The notes under the pieces: generated by a model | What the model saw: the letters and a program-made list of their open reading frames with translations, nothing else | The model's database searches: none | What the model was told of the DNA's origin: nothing | Made by a program: the position numbers and the translations under genes | From: Methanotrichaceae archaeon | GTDB lineage: Archaea; Halobacteriota; Methanosarcinia; Methanotrichales; Methanotrichaceae | DNA length: 42,087 nucleotides | Assembly (NCBI GenBank): GCA_963813075.1 | Contig: CAWEXU010000014.1 | Coordinates: forward strand, 1-42,087 | Reading direction: 5' to 3' | Part shown: one piece after another, positions 11,418 through 21,391 of the stretch | Numbering within the stretch: position 1 is the stretch's first letter | Layout of the letters: each line of letters opens with the position of its first letter

Positions 11418-12349
11418 TCAGCTCTTCTTTCCGAGGTTGAAGGTCTCCACCTCTTCGTCCTCTCCAGCCTCAGGCCAGGAATCCAGCGATCCTCCCTTCT
11501 TGGGCCTCGTTTTCCTCAAAGACTGCTTTTCTTCCTGCTTTTCCATCTGCCTGGCATCGGCCCCTGCCTCTGGCTTCGCTTCCGCTACAGTCTCTTGATC
11601 CTCTTTCTGCCCATCTTCCCGTACCTCTTCTTGCCTGGAAGGAATGCCAACCGGCCCGAAATCATCTTTGGGAGCTACCGTCTTCGCGATCTCTCCTCGG
11701 GCTCGTCGGCTGTTTTCGCCAGGTCGACCTTCAGCGAGGTGAGGGCACGAAGGACCATCCGCCGGTAGCGCTCTACATCCGTATGGTAGTGCTCCCGCGC
11801 CCGAACCGCATCCTGCTGATTGGTGGAGGGAAAGGCTCTGTCTGCGGTGGCAAAATCGCTTGACAGGGGAGCTGGTTCGGCCTTATCGAGGATTGAAAGC
11901 CTCTCTAAAGTTCGCCTGGCAGTATCCATTATCCACTGATTTCTGGTTGCCTCGTCCACCCTCTGGATGGACTCGGCGCGCAGAGATATGATGATATTGC
12001 CGTCCTCCGTCTGATACAGATTGGGCTTTCCCACAATGGAGACAAATGCGGGTGCATCAATGCTGGCCAGTATCTGGGCGGCCTCCGGCTGGTACTGGCC
12101 GGCGTAGATCAGCATGCTGCCCGTTGGGTCAACCACTCTTCCTCGCCAGTACTCCGTGTCTCCCCCAATATCGTCCTTCTCGGTCAGCGTCCCCACGAAT
12201 AAGACCCGATTGCATTTCGCTCCGGTGGGAGTGAGAAGATATTGAGGAGCGTACTGATGCTGGTCCTCGCCATCCCGGAAGGAGTAGTTCGAGCTCTTCA
12301 GCTCTTCGGCGAATATCCTGCGCGCTACTTCTCTGGAGAATGCGGCCAT
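11418..12349 (-). CDS. RPA-associated OB-fold protein; probable frameshift near 11690 extending an acidic tail to TGA at 11418
   Basis: REVARRIFAEEL, LTPTGAKCNRV, DPTG, YAGQYQPEA. Directly follows RPA. An alternative frame stays open to 11418. Confidence 0.82.
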
Positions 12350-13579
12350 TTAGATCGCCTCCACCTGGCTTATCAGCTCATCTACACTTGATTCTGTAAC
12401 CGGCATCAATTCATTTATGGTCTCCACCAGAAGATAGCGATCGACCCTCGGTCCAGTGATGAGGAAATATCTTCCCACCAGCTTGCTCTCGATAAGGGCG
12501 CGGACCACCTCGTGATCGAGCGCCTCCATAGCCATCATCCTGGCGTCCTCCATTGTCAGACCCACCAGACGCTCGGTGGTCTCCCGGTTGATGAGTACAT
12601 CCTGCACCCGGCGGCCGTCGTCCAGCACCGCCTTGATGCGCAGGTCATATGTGCCGTCCACCTTTCCGTGCTCAGTGCATACGCCCTTGGCTAAAGAGCG
12701 CTTGCACATTGGGCAGCGTTTGATCAATCCCGAGCCCTTCTGCACATCCACCAGAGCGCCGGAGAACTCCGCTGCCTGCGAGCCGATCTCTACATCAACG
12801 TCCAATGGCTCGATCTGGCTGGTGCGGTTCAACTTCACGCTGAACCTCCCCTGGAACTCGTCTGTGACCATGTTTCTCAAGAGGTAGCTTTTCCCCTCTT
12901 CCAGGTTGGGAAGGTCCGCTTTTGCCCATTTCACAAACTTTATCGAGCCGGTCTCGTCGCCGATCAGGCCCGATTGGGAGATGGAATCGCTGTTTGGCTC
13001 CCAGAGCTGGGCCACCTTGACCTTCAGGTCGACCCACAGTCCGGGCTCGCTGATCTCTATCACCTTCATCTCCTGCGCTGCCCTGCTCGCTGATCTTGCC
13101 TCCACTTCCTTCTCTAAAGGTTCGATCAGGCTGGTGCGGTTCAGTTTTATGCTGAACCGGCCCTGAAACTCATCTGTGACCACCTTCTTCAGAGAATAGC
13201 TCTGGCCCTGAACCAGTTCCGGCAGCTCGGACTTCTTCCATTTCACAAACTTCATTGCTCCTGAGCCATCGCCGACCAGTCCGGTCTGAGAGATGGCCTC
13301 AGTCGCCGGCTCCCAGAGGTCGAGGACCTTGACCTCCAGATCCACCCACCGGCCGGATTCCTTGATCTCAGAGATCTTGACCTTCTCCGAGCTGGCCCTG
13401 GCCTGTGGAATTATGCCGTGCTCCTTTTGGAAGTAGTTCAAAACCGATCTTCTTGCTTCCCCTTCAGGCACGCGAAAATCGTCGATTAGCTTTCTTAGGC
13501 GAACCTCAATCTCCTCATCTGGGACGGAGATGTTCTGATCCTTTAAACGAGCCGATATCTGATCTATCAATTCTTTCAT
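12350..13579 (-). CDS. rpa: Replication protein A (tandem OB folds + Zn finger)
   Basis: Two similar OB repeats (WVDLxVKV...QxGLxGD...KLNRTS), then GSGLIKRCPMC...CTEHG and DLRIKAVLDDG. Confidence 0.92.
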   Translation of the reverse strand: MKELIDQISARLKDQNISVPDEEIEVRLRKLIDDFRVPEGEARRSVLNYFQKEHGIIPQARASSEKVKISEIKESGRWVDLEVKVLDLWEPATEAISQTGLVGDGSGAMKFVKWKKSELPELVQGQSYSLKKVVTDEFQGRFSIKLNRTSLIEPLEKEVEARSASRAAQEMKVIEISEPGLWVDLKVKVAQLWEPNSDSISQSGLIGDETGSIKFVKWAKADLPNLEEGKSYLLRNMVTDEFQGRFSVKLNRTSQIEPLDVDVEIGSQAAEFSGALVDVQKGSGLIKRCPMCKRSLAKGVCTEHGKVDGTYDLRIKAVLDDGRRVQDVLINRETTERLVGLTMEDARMMAMEALDHEVVRALIESKLVGRYFLITGPRVDRYLLVETINELMPVTESSVDELISQVEAI

Positions 13580-13724
13580 TATCTGTCTGCCCCCTATTTT
13601 TTCATTGAGAGGTAGATCTAAGTAGGCTCTGGAACTATTTAAAGAAGATCAGTGCAGTCCGAAAGTAATTCCTCAAAACAACTTTAAGAAACATGAGCTG
13701 GATTATCAACTGAGGTATGGCTGG

Positions 13725-14666
13725 ATGGAGATTGTTGCCTGGTTTGGAAGGGTTGATCTGGAGACGGGATCGATATCTTTAGCGGGAGGTCCGGAGGAGA
13801 TGATAGACGCTCTCCTGAATGGGGCTCATTATGCCGGCCCTCCCATTCAGCCCGACCTGCGCCGCCTGGCATTGATGCATGGATATGTGACAGACGACCT
13901 CGATTATAGTGGCCGGCTCAGAGAGGTGGCACTGGGCCTGGTCATTCGCCGGCTTGCCCTGCTGGCCGATGCAGAGCAGGACCTCCTCCAGGCAGTGGAG
14001 GCCATAGACGATATGTCCGAAGCGACAAATCTGCTGGACGAGAGGCTCTATGAGTGGCACCGTCTGCATGGTCAGAGGATCGTTCACGGAAAAGACCTGG
14101 CTTTATTCCTCTCTGAAGATCTTATATTGGGGCCTTTTGCCAGGGCCATTCTGAGCCTGAGGGAATCGAAAAAGAGCATGGAGGAGGAGGTGAGTGCCAG
14201 GGCGGAAAAGCTCGCCCCCAACCTCTCCACCCTGGCGGGGCCGGTCCTGGCGGCAAGGCTCATATCCAAAGCTGGCGGCCTGCGCCGGCTGGCCCAGATG
14301 CCCTCATCCAGATTGCAGGTCATGGGGGCAGAGAAATCCCTCTTCAAGCACCTTAACGGCCACGCTCCCTCCCCCAAGCACGGGGTCATCTTCCGTCATC
14401 CTGCAGTCATGGGATCCCCAAGGAGGCTGCGGGGAAAGGTGGCCCGTGCTCTGGCCGGGAAGCTCGCCCTGGCCGCCCGGCTGGATTACTATGGTGCTGG
14501 CCCCTCCCAGGACCTGGCTGCATCCCTGGATAGAAGGCTGAAGGACATAAAACGCAGGGACGGCAGGGGCAGGGCAGGGATAGCATCCGGGATGGCCTCA
14601 GGGAAATTGAAGGAAGGAACAAGCAATAAGGATAACAGGAAAGAATCAGGATCAAATTTATATTAG
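13725..14666 (+). CDS. nop5: Nop5/Nop56-family C/D-box RNP protein
   Basis: APNLSTLAGPVLAARLI, QVMGAEKSLF, PKHGVIF, RGKVARALAGKLALAARLD. Confidence 0.88.
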   Translation: MEIVAWFGRVDLETGSISLAGGPEEMIDALLNGAHYAGPPIQPDLRRLALMHGYVTDDLDYSGRLREVALGLVIRRLALLADAEQDLLQAVEAIDDMSEATNLLDERLYEWHRLHGQRIVHGKDLALFLSEDLILGPFARAILSLRESKKSMEEEVSARAEKLAPNLSTLAGPVLAARLISKAGGLRRLAQMPSSRLQVMGAEKSLFKHLNGHAPSPKHGVIFRHPAVMGSPRRLRGKVARALAGKLALAARLDYYGAGPSQDLAASLDRRLKDIKRRDGRGRAGIASGMASGKLKEGTSNKDNRKESGSNLY

Positions 14667-14697
14667 ATGCACCTCTATGGCGCTATGAGATGGTGGT

Positions 14698-15339
14698 GTG
14701 CATATGAAATGGTGGCAGTCCGGATTATTGACCATATCGGCATTTAGCCTCATCGCTTGCCTGGGCGTTCTGGTACCCCTGGCAGGTGCCGTCCCACAGA
14801 ATATGACCGAGCACTCCTGGATCTACAATCAGGGATACTCGGATGATATGCGCATCTTTCAGTCAACCAGCGGCCTTCACGGCCAGAAGCTGGTAACCGG
14901 GACCCGAGGTACAGGCACCATATCCCGCTCCATTGATGCTCATGTCTACGGCGGATTTGAGGATGGCTTTAATGAGATCTGGGCTAATGAATGGGGGGTC
15001 TACCAGAACAAGCCATCTTTATACACCGAGCCCATCACCAGGAGCGACCTGAGAAATGCCCTCTGCGCCAAGAACTATGAGGTGGGTTCGGTCTATTCCG
15101 AGAGCTACTCTGAGGTCCGGGACCTGGTAAAAGATACCTCGGTCAGCCAGACCAATGAGAACTCTGTCTACAGCATCCACACCGAAGCAGATGGAACGGC
15201 AAGGGTGGGTGCGCGGGTGCAGAAAAGCGCCAGCTCAGGCCCTGCCTATATCATGACTGGGAGCTATAAGGGGTACACAAATATGAGGATGCAGCTGGAA
15301 AGCGGCAACGCTTCCATCTTGACCCTCCCCTGTCCCTGA
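14698..15339 (+). CDS. Hypothetical secreted protein
   Basis: Signal-peptide-like N-terminus; 213-aa ORF with host-like codon usage. Confidence 0.75.
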   Translation: MHMKWWQSGLLTISAFSLIACLGVLVPLAGAVPQNMTEHSWIYNQGYSDDMRIFQSTSGLHGQKLVTGTRGTGTISRSIDAHVYGGFEDGFNEIWANEWGVYQNKPSLYTEPITRSDLRNALCAKNYEVGSVYSESYSEVRDLVKDTSVSQTNENSVYSIHTEADGTARVGARVQKSASSGPAYIMTGSYKGYTNMRMQLESGNASILTLPCP

Positions 15340-15362
15340 GGCAGCTATATTTTTCACCAGCT

Positions 15363-15418
15363 TCACCATCTTTTCTTCAGCATCCTTAGCTCAGCATCCT
15401 TAGCTCAGCATCTTTTGC
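15363..15418. repeat. Four tandem copies of a 14-bp unit (tcagcatccttagc consensus)
   Basis: tcaccatcttttct / tcagcatccttagc / tcagcatccttagc / tcagcatcttttgc, between convergent genes. Confidence 0.8.
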
Positions 15419-15443
15419 TTCACTGAGAATTCCATTTCCCAAA

Positions 15444-16298
15444 TTAGACCAGTGGCCGAGGCTGCTTTTTTTCTGGTAGGACGGGCAGCGGCATGGTGTT
15501 TATCAGCAGGGGCGAAGAGACATCCTTTGCCCTTTCCACCAGCAGCTCCTTTCCCCATTGGGTCAGGCCGAAGAGGGGGACTGCAGTTCCCACCTGCACC
15601 AGAGGCTTTGCCTGCTCCCGTATATGCCTGGAAGCGCAGCTGGTGACTATATCCGCTGCCCTCAGGATCCTTTTAGCGTCATCCAGACTGATTCCCGTGA
15701 GATGGACGCCGATTATCATTATCCTCACTTCCGCGGACCTCTCCAGTTCCCTCAGCCTCTCTGCCGTCTGGGCATCTGCAACCGTCACTGCGAATCTGGA
15801 GAATCCTGCGCTTATGGCATAGGCAGCACCCAGCATCTGATCGATCAGGCCGCTCTCGGGAGAGAGGACATATCCTCCCCGGGACTTTATGCCCTCTATC
15901 ACCTCTGGGATGGGGTCCGTCTCCACCAGTCCGGAGATGTAGCCGCCCATCCCCTGGACGAGAGAGCCATTGGAGGTGATGACCGTTCCTGCACCATCGC
16001 ATACGGTAACGGCAGCATCGATTATGCCTTTTTCAAGGCCGGTCATCATCGACTCGGATGCGCCAAAGCCGACGAATGTGCCCATCTCCAGCTTCCGGCG
16101 TTCGGAGAACATTCCATGCTCTTTTATGCGAAACTCCATGTTGGCCGCCGCAGACTCCTTTGTCACTTTTTTTATCCCTCGGATCTTATCAAAAAGAGGG
16201 CACCATTCGATCACCGGCTCAGTGGCGTCTTCTACCTTCTCCTCGCTAACCTTGATAGCTGACTTACCCAATAGCTCCATTTTATGCATATCGTCCAC
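15444..16298 (-). CDS. Methanogenesis marker protein 8 (DUF2099)
   Basis: H.MELLGK, CPLF, GFGASE, VCDGAGTVI, VQGMGG.ISGLVET.PI, CAS. Confidence 0.9.
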   Translation of the reverse strand: MDDMHKMELLGKSAIKVSEEKVEDATEPVIEWCPLFDKIRGIKKVTKESAAANMEFRIKEHGMFSERRKLEMGTFVGFGASESMMTGLEKGIIDAAVTVCDGAGTVITSNGSLVQGMGGYISGLVETDPIPEVIEGIKSRGGYVLSPESGLIDQMLGAAYAISAGFSRFAVTVADAQTAERLRELERSAEVRIMIIGVHLTGISLDDAKRILRAADIVTSCASRHIREQAKPLVQVGTAVPLFGLTQWGKELLVERAKDVSSPLLINTMPLPVLPEKKQPRPLV

Positions 16299-16410
16299 TC
16301 CATGAGGCTTTGTCAGAGTCTATACCATTCTGATTGCCTCTTCATATTGCTTTGCTTTTTCTATATTCGAAATAAAATATAGTTTTTATGTTGTCTATTA
16401 TTCTATCTCA

Positions 16411-16851
16411 ATGGAATTATTTTTGACGAAACTTATATATATGTTACCATTCGTTATGCGCCTGGTGAGAGCTTTGAATACATCAGCCGCCGCTGATATT
16501 ACTGTCGAGCGCGATGAATTTGCATCCATACTGATGAAGGTAGGTCTCAAAAGGAACGTGGCCAAGGTCCTGACCTATCTGGCGGGAGTGACCGAGGCAA
16601 CCAGTCGGGAGATAGAGAATGGATCCGACCTGCGCCAGCCTGAGGTGAGCATTGCCATGAGGGAGATCCGCAGGCTGGACTGGATTGAGGAGAGGGATGA
16701 GAAGAATCCCGGTAAAGGTCGACCTTATCGTATCTATAAGCTGAACAGGACCCTCCCGGAGATCGTCCAGTACCTGGAGTCAGAGAATGCAAAGGAGTCG
16801 GAGAGGGTGATGAAGCAGATAGAAAAGCTCAAATCCTTGAAATCCAATTAA
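16411..16851 (+). CDS. Winged-helix transcriptional regulator (methanogen ArsR-like family); true start probably downstream, near 16465-16474
   Basis: RNVAKVLTYL, TSREIE...LRQPEVSIAM, GKGRP..IYKL. A TATA-like cttatatata at about 16432-16441 lies inside the called 5' end. Confidence 0.85.
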   Translation: MELFLTKLIYMLPFVMRLVRALNTSAAADITVERDEFASILMKVGLKRNVAKVLTYLAGVTEATSREIENGSDLRQPEVSIAMREIRRLDWIEERDEKNPGKGRPYRIYKLNRTLPEIVQYLESENAKESERVMKQIEKLKSLKSN

Positions 16852-16874
16852 AATATTAATTAATACAATTTAAA

Positions 16875-16902
16875 TCGAGGGGGAGGTCAGACTCCCTTTC
16901 GA
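16875..16902 (+). terminator. Stem-loop downstream of the regulator gene
   Basis: tcgagggggag-gtcaga-ctccctttcga forms an 11-bp stem including two G-U pairs. Confidence 0.5.
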
Positions 16903-17035
16903 ACTCTACTGTGGTGTTTAATCAGTGCTATCATTCCATGATGTTTCTACGTTTTTTATAGAGTATTGCTTTCCTCTATGCAAAAATCTATATACTAATA
17001 GATTACTAGAATATGGCAGAATAAAGTAGAGGGGG

Positions 17036-18154
17036 ATGGATATGAAGTACATCATAGACGATGCAATGGGCAGAGCGGAGGCTGAGAGCAGGGTCAAGCC
17101 CTCCAGCATGATCCAGAGCGATGAAGAACTCGTATCGGTTCTGGAAGAGCTGACCACCGTCATCAGGGTTATTGGCTGCGGAGGAGGAGGCTCGAACACC
17201 ATCGATCGCCTGGCAGAATGCGGCATCCAGGGGGCGGAGCTGTTTGCCGTCAACACCGATGCTCAGCATCTTTTGCATATCAATGCCGACCGCCGTTTCC
17301 TGATCGGCAGGCGCACAACTCGGGGCCTGGGAGCAGGCAGCCTGCCTGCCATTGGGGAAGAGGCAGCGCAGGAGGATATAGATGAGATCAAAGCGGCAGT
17401 AGATGGGGCAGACATGGTCTTCGTCACCTGTGGTCTTGGCGGGGGCACAGGCACCGGAGCCTCGCCGGTAGTGGCAGAGGCCGCCCGTGAGGCGGGAGCC
17501 CTTACCATTGCCATAGTCACCCTTCCCTTCAGCGCAGAGGGGACGATCAGGATGCAGAATGCGGAAGCCGGCCTGAAGAGGCTCCGGGATGTCTCGGACA
17601 CGGTGATCGTGGTGCCCAACGATCGACTGCTTGATGTGGTTCCCAACCTTCCCCTGCAGGCGGCCTTCAAGGTGGCAGATGAGGTGCTGATGCGTTCGGT
17701 CAAGGGCATCACTGAGCTCATAACCCGTCCCGGCCTTATCAACCTGGATTTCGCCGATGTCAGAACGGTGATGACCAATGGCGGAGTGGCCATGATCGGC
17801 ATGGGCGAAGCAGAAGGAGAGGAGAAGGCACGTGACTCCGTGGTCAAGGCCCTGCGAAGCCCTCTCCTGGACGTGGACGTTTCCTGTGCAACATCCGCCC
17901 TGGTGAATGTGGTGGGTGGACCGGATATGACCATCACCGATGCGGAGACTGTGGTGGATGAGGTCTATCAGAAGATCAATCCCGATGCCCGGATAATCTG
18001 GGGGGCGCAGATAGACCAGAGCCTGGACCATACCCTGAGGACCATGCTGGTGGTCACAGGAGTCTCATCTCCACAGATACTGGGAAAGGACATGGGCAAA
18101 AGGGTGACCTCCAGACATGGCATAGACTTCCTCTCCCGCCGGGCGCGCTACTGA
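17036..18154 (+). CDS. ftsZ: Cell division protein FtsZ (FtsZ1-like N-terminus)
   Basis: [37 protein letters not shown]. Confidence 0.97.
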   Translation: MDMKYIIDDAMGRAEAESRVKPSSMIQSDEELVSVLEELTTVIRVIGCGGGGSNTIDRLAECGIQGAELFAVNTDAQHLLHINADRRFLIGRRTTRGLGAGSLPAIGEEAAQEDIDEIKAAVDGADMVFVTCGLGGGTGTGASPVVAEAAREAGALTIAIVTLPFSAEGTIRMQNAEAGLKRLRDVSDTVIVVPNDRLLDVVPNLPLQAAFKVADEVLMRSVKGITELITRPGLINLDFADVRTVMTNGGVAMIGMGEAEGEEKARDSVVKALRSPLLDVDVSCATSALVNVVGGPDMTITDAETVVDEVYQKINPDARIIWGAQIDQSLDHTLRTMLVVTGVSSPQILGKDMGKRVTSRHGIDFLSRRARY

Positions 18155-18175
18155 ACCGAACATTTTCATGGCCGG

Positions 18176-18200
18176 GGAGAGCCCCTATGCTCTCCTTTCT
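18176..18200 (+). terminator. Hairpin + pyrimidine tract after ftsZ
   Basis: ggagagc-ccctat-gctctcc followed by tttct. Confidence 0.5.
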
Positions 18201-18299
18201 GCTCACCTTTCTGCTTTTTGCGTGCTAGCATGGACCATGTCAATCGATGGAGTTATAAATCCGCACACCCAAGAAGTATCGATTTTCCTTTGAGCGGAT

Positions 18300-18608
18300 G
18301 TGATAATTATTCTGACCGAGAAGGTGAGCGGGGAGCTTGAGATGCTGCAGAGGCACCTGCTCATACTCAAGCATGTGGTGGAGAACGAGCCTATTGGCAT
18401 ACTCAAGCTGGCGGAAGAGACCGACATACCCAGCCACAAGGTGCGCTATTCTCTGCGAATACTGGAGCAAGAGGGTCTGATCAAGGCAACAGCTCCTGGA
18501 GCGACTACGACCCATCAGACCGCCCAGTTCCTGTTGGAGCTGGACTCAATGATCGAAGAGCTTTCCAGGAGGGCAGAGGAACTGAAAAAGATCAAGATCG
18601 CGAGGTAA
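18300..18608 (+). CDS. Small archaeal HTH protein (predicted transcriptional regulator)
   Basis: RHLLILKHVVENEPIGILKLAEET...HKVRYSLRILEQEGLI winged-HTH pattern. TAA abuts the next ATG. Confidence 0.85.
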   Translation: MIIILTEKVSGELEMLQRHLLILKHVVENEPIGILKLAEETDIPSHKVRYSLRILEQEGLIKATAPGATTTHQTAQFLLELDSMIEELSRRAEELKKIKIAR

Positions 18609-20225
18609 ATGCTCTATCTTCAGATCGCCCTTGCCCTGCAGGAGCTCTCAGAGGCAGCGCGCAGCGAGAAAGCGGCATTGATTGCCCGCATGATTTCGGA
18701 ATTGAAGCCGGAATTGCTCTGTCCGGCAGTTCGCCTCCTTTTGGGCCAGCTCTGGCCGCCCTGGGAGGTCAGAGAGATGGGGGTGGGGCCGGAGGGGCTC
18801 TCAGCCGCACTGGAGGAGATATCGGAAGGGGATATCCCTGGGCTGAGAGAGAGAACAGGGGAGATGGGGCTGGTGGCAGAGGCTGCACTGGCCAAAAAAG
18901 GGCAGCATTCGCTCGCCGTTGAGCCCCTGCAGGCCATGTCCGTCTATGAGCAGTTGAATCGAATATCTCAGATTCGGGGAAAGGACTCCGAGCAGAGGAA
19001 GAACGCCTTTCTCCGGGGCCTCTTCCAGGTGGCGGATCCACTGGAGGGGAAGTATATCGCCCGCACCGTCCTGGGAAATATGCTGGCCGGAATCGGCCCT
19101 AAGACCATGCTTTCAGCTTTTGTCCTGGCTTTTCACACCGACAAAGATCAGCTTCAAAGGGCCTATGGCCTCCTGCCGGATCCGGGTAGCATCGCCGTCA
19201 TGGCAGCCAGAGGCCAGCTGGAGAATGCCCGCATTCTGCCTGGCATCCCTCTCAAGCCCATGATGATATGCTCGGAAAGGGCATTGGACCATAAGACCGA
19301 AGAAGCGACGGAGGGAATGGCAGTCTTTCCCAAGTACCCTGCTCTCAGGGTGCAGGTCCATAAGACAGGAGCCGGAGCATTCATATTCAGCTCCCGGCTC
19401 AGGAACATCACCACCGCCCTGAACGGCCTGGCTCAGAGATTGGGGGGCATAGATGAGGAATTCATCATCGACGCCGATCTGATCGGCTTTAAGGATGGAA
19501 AGATCTGCTCCCAGTCGGATATGATCAGGCATATCAATCGCCGCCGGCTCTCCCGCCGGAGCAGCATATCGCCAGCCCTCCTGGCCTATGATCTTCTCTA
19601 TCTCTCTGGGACGGACATTGTCGGCCTGTCCTTTCTGGAGAGGAGAACCAGGCTGCAGGAGGCTTTGGGCGAGCCCAGGTCCATGCCCTTCCCGGGGATA
19701 TCGATTGTCCCACAGCTGTTCATCAAAGAGATGGACTCACTTTCTGGCCATCTGGACCGGCTGAAAGAAGAAGGCGGGGAGGGATTGATGGTGCGCAGCC
19801 TGGAAGCTGCCTACCATCCTGGCGTTTGCAGCAGTAGCGATTTTTTCATTGAAGCCGGAGCATACATATCGGCTGTGATCATCCGGGCGGAGTATGGGCG
19901 GAAAAGGGAGGATCAGATCTTCTCCCGCTTCCATATCGCTCTGCGAAATGGGGATGATCTCGTGCCAGTGGGCTGGATAGGAGGCCAGCTGGGCCAGAAG
20001 GATATCATAGCCCTAGACCGCCAGCTGAAGGCCCTGGCAAGAGAGTGGGATGAGAGGGGCGCTGCCGTCATCCCTCAGGTGGTGGTCCATCTGAGGACGG
20101 GAAAAGTTCGCAGGAGCGAGAAGGGCTATACCATAATTCGTCCCCAGATCGAACAGATCGATTTTTCCGCCTCCTGGGAGGATGCAGACGAGCTGGATAG
20201 GCTTCTTGCCGTTTGTTGCCAATGA
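18609..20225 (+). CDS. ATP-dependent DNA ligase homologue with degenerate catalytic motifs (probable pseudo-enzyme)
   Basis: DBD, adenylation and OB domains are recognisable (PLEGKYIAR, PLKPM, RVQVHK, IFSSRLRNIT, YDLLY, EGLMV). Motif I reads KYPA rather than KxDG; motifs V and VI are lost. Confidence 0.85.
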   Translation: MLYLQIALALQELSEAARSEKAALIARMISELKPELLCPAVRLLLGQLWPPWEVREMGVGPEGLSAALEEISEGDIPGLRERTGEMGLVAEAALAKKGQHSLAVEPLQAMSVYEQLNRISQIRGKDSEQRKNAFLRGLFQVADPLEGKYIARTVLGNMLAGIGPKTMLSAFVLAFHTDKDQLQRAYGLLPDPGSIAVMAARGQLENARILPGIPLKPMMICSERALDHKTEEATEGMAVFPKYPALRVQVHKTGAGAFIFSSRLRNITTALNGLAQRLGGIDEEFIIDADLIGFKDGKICSQSDMIRHINRRRLSRRSSISPALLAYDLLYLSGTDIVGLSFLERRTRLQEALGEPRSMPFPGISIVPQLFIKEMDSLSGHLDRLKEEGGEGLMVRSLEAAYHPGVCSSSDFFIEAGAYISAVIIRAEYGRKREDQIFSRFHIALRNGDDLVPVGWIGGQLGQKDIIALDRQLKALAREWDERGAAVIPQVVVHLRTGKVRRSEKGYTIIRPQIEQIDFSASWEDADELDRLLAVCCQ

Positions 20226-21087
20226 TCCTCAGAGCATTTGACCCCTGGAAGAGCGAGCTATGCACCTGTCCTGCCTAAGCTGAGCCTCAATCCCTACACC
20301 GGATGCCAGCACGGCTGCCTGTACTGCTATGCTTCATCATATATTCCCCGGTTCTCTTCCTGCCGGCCCAAGGTGGACCTTTTGAAGAGGCTGGATCGGG
20401 AGTCATCAAAAAGCAGCTACAGACTTTTTTGTGGCCATCTCCAATAGCTCTGACCCTTATCCGCCCATGGAAAAAGAGCTTAGATTGACCCGAGGGTGCC
20501 TGAGGATACTGAAGGAGAAGGGCTTTGGGGTTCAGATTGTGACCAAGTCCGATCTGGTGGCAGAAGACATCGATCTATTGGCCGGAATGAGGGCGGCGGT
20601 GGCGATTACTGTCACCACATTGAATGAGTCCCTCAGCCGCAGGCTGGAGCCGGGGGCGCCATCGCCAAAAAGAAGGCTCTCCGCCCTCAAAGAGCTCTCC
20701 GATGCAGGGATTCCCGTTTCGGCCAGAATCGATCCCATCATCCCGGGAATCAATGACCAGGGGTTCGGGGACCTGGTCTATTCTCTTTTCTCCTCCGGGG
20801 TCAGACATATAACTGCGTCCACCTATAAGGCCCGGCCAGACAACCTGAAAAGGATAAAGACCGCCTTCCCAGAGGAGGGTGAGGCACTGGAGGTCCTATT
20901 TTCCCGGGGAGGAAAAACTTCAGGCAGCCGCTATCTGCCAGAGGAGGTGAGACGGAGCATCCTGGGTGGCTTAGAGGCTCAGGTTCTGAAGGCTGGCATC
21001 ACCTTTTCCACCTGCAGGGAGGGATTTGTCTTCCCGCAGGGCACAAGCTGCGATGGCTCCCATCTGTTGCCCGTGATTGCAGACTGA
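20222..21087 (+). CDS. Radical SAM protein, spore-photoproduct-lyase-like family; frameshifts near 20275 and 20410
   Basis: MILRAFDPWKSELCTCP start (ATG overlaps the ligase TGA), LNPYTGCQHGCLYCY (CxxxCxxC), SNSSDPYPP, IVTKS, LEPGAP, RIDPIIPGIND. Confidence 0.88.
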
Positions 21088-21391
21088 AAAGTTCCGTAAG
21101 CTGAAGTTGGAGAGTTGGATGCATCCCGCGGGGTATCGGGTTACGGGATATCATGATTATTCTCAGATCGACAATCAGCTAAGTTGAATTCGATCTGCAG
21201 CCTCAGCTTGGCCGCGCTTCCAGATATTAAAAAAAATCATAAATGCAATGCGGCAACCTTAAAGTGTTCTTCTTCCACGAAAGTTTATTTATATGAAGAA
21301 TACTAGAATCCACGACAATTCTTCTCAAAAGGGAGGATGTTCAAGCCACAGTCATAAGTGCCATATGCAAGTGAAAAAGGAGGTATTCAAT

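Noticed and set aside
12780..13390. Internal duplication within RPA
   Set aside because: Tandem OB folds are an established feature of euryarchaeal RPA proteins.
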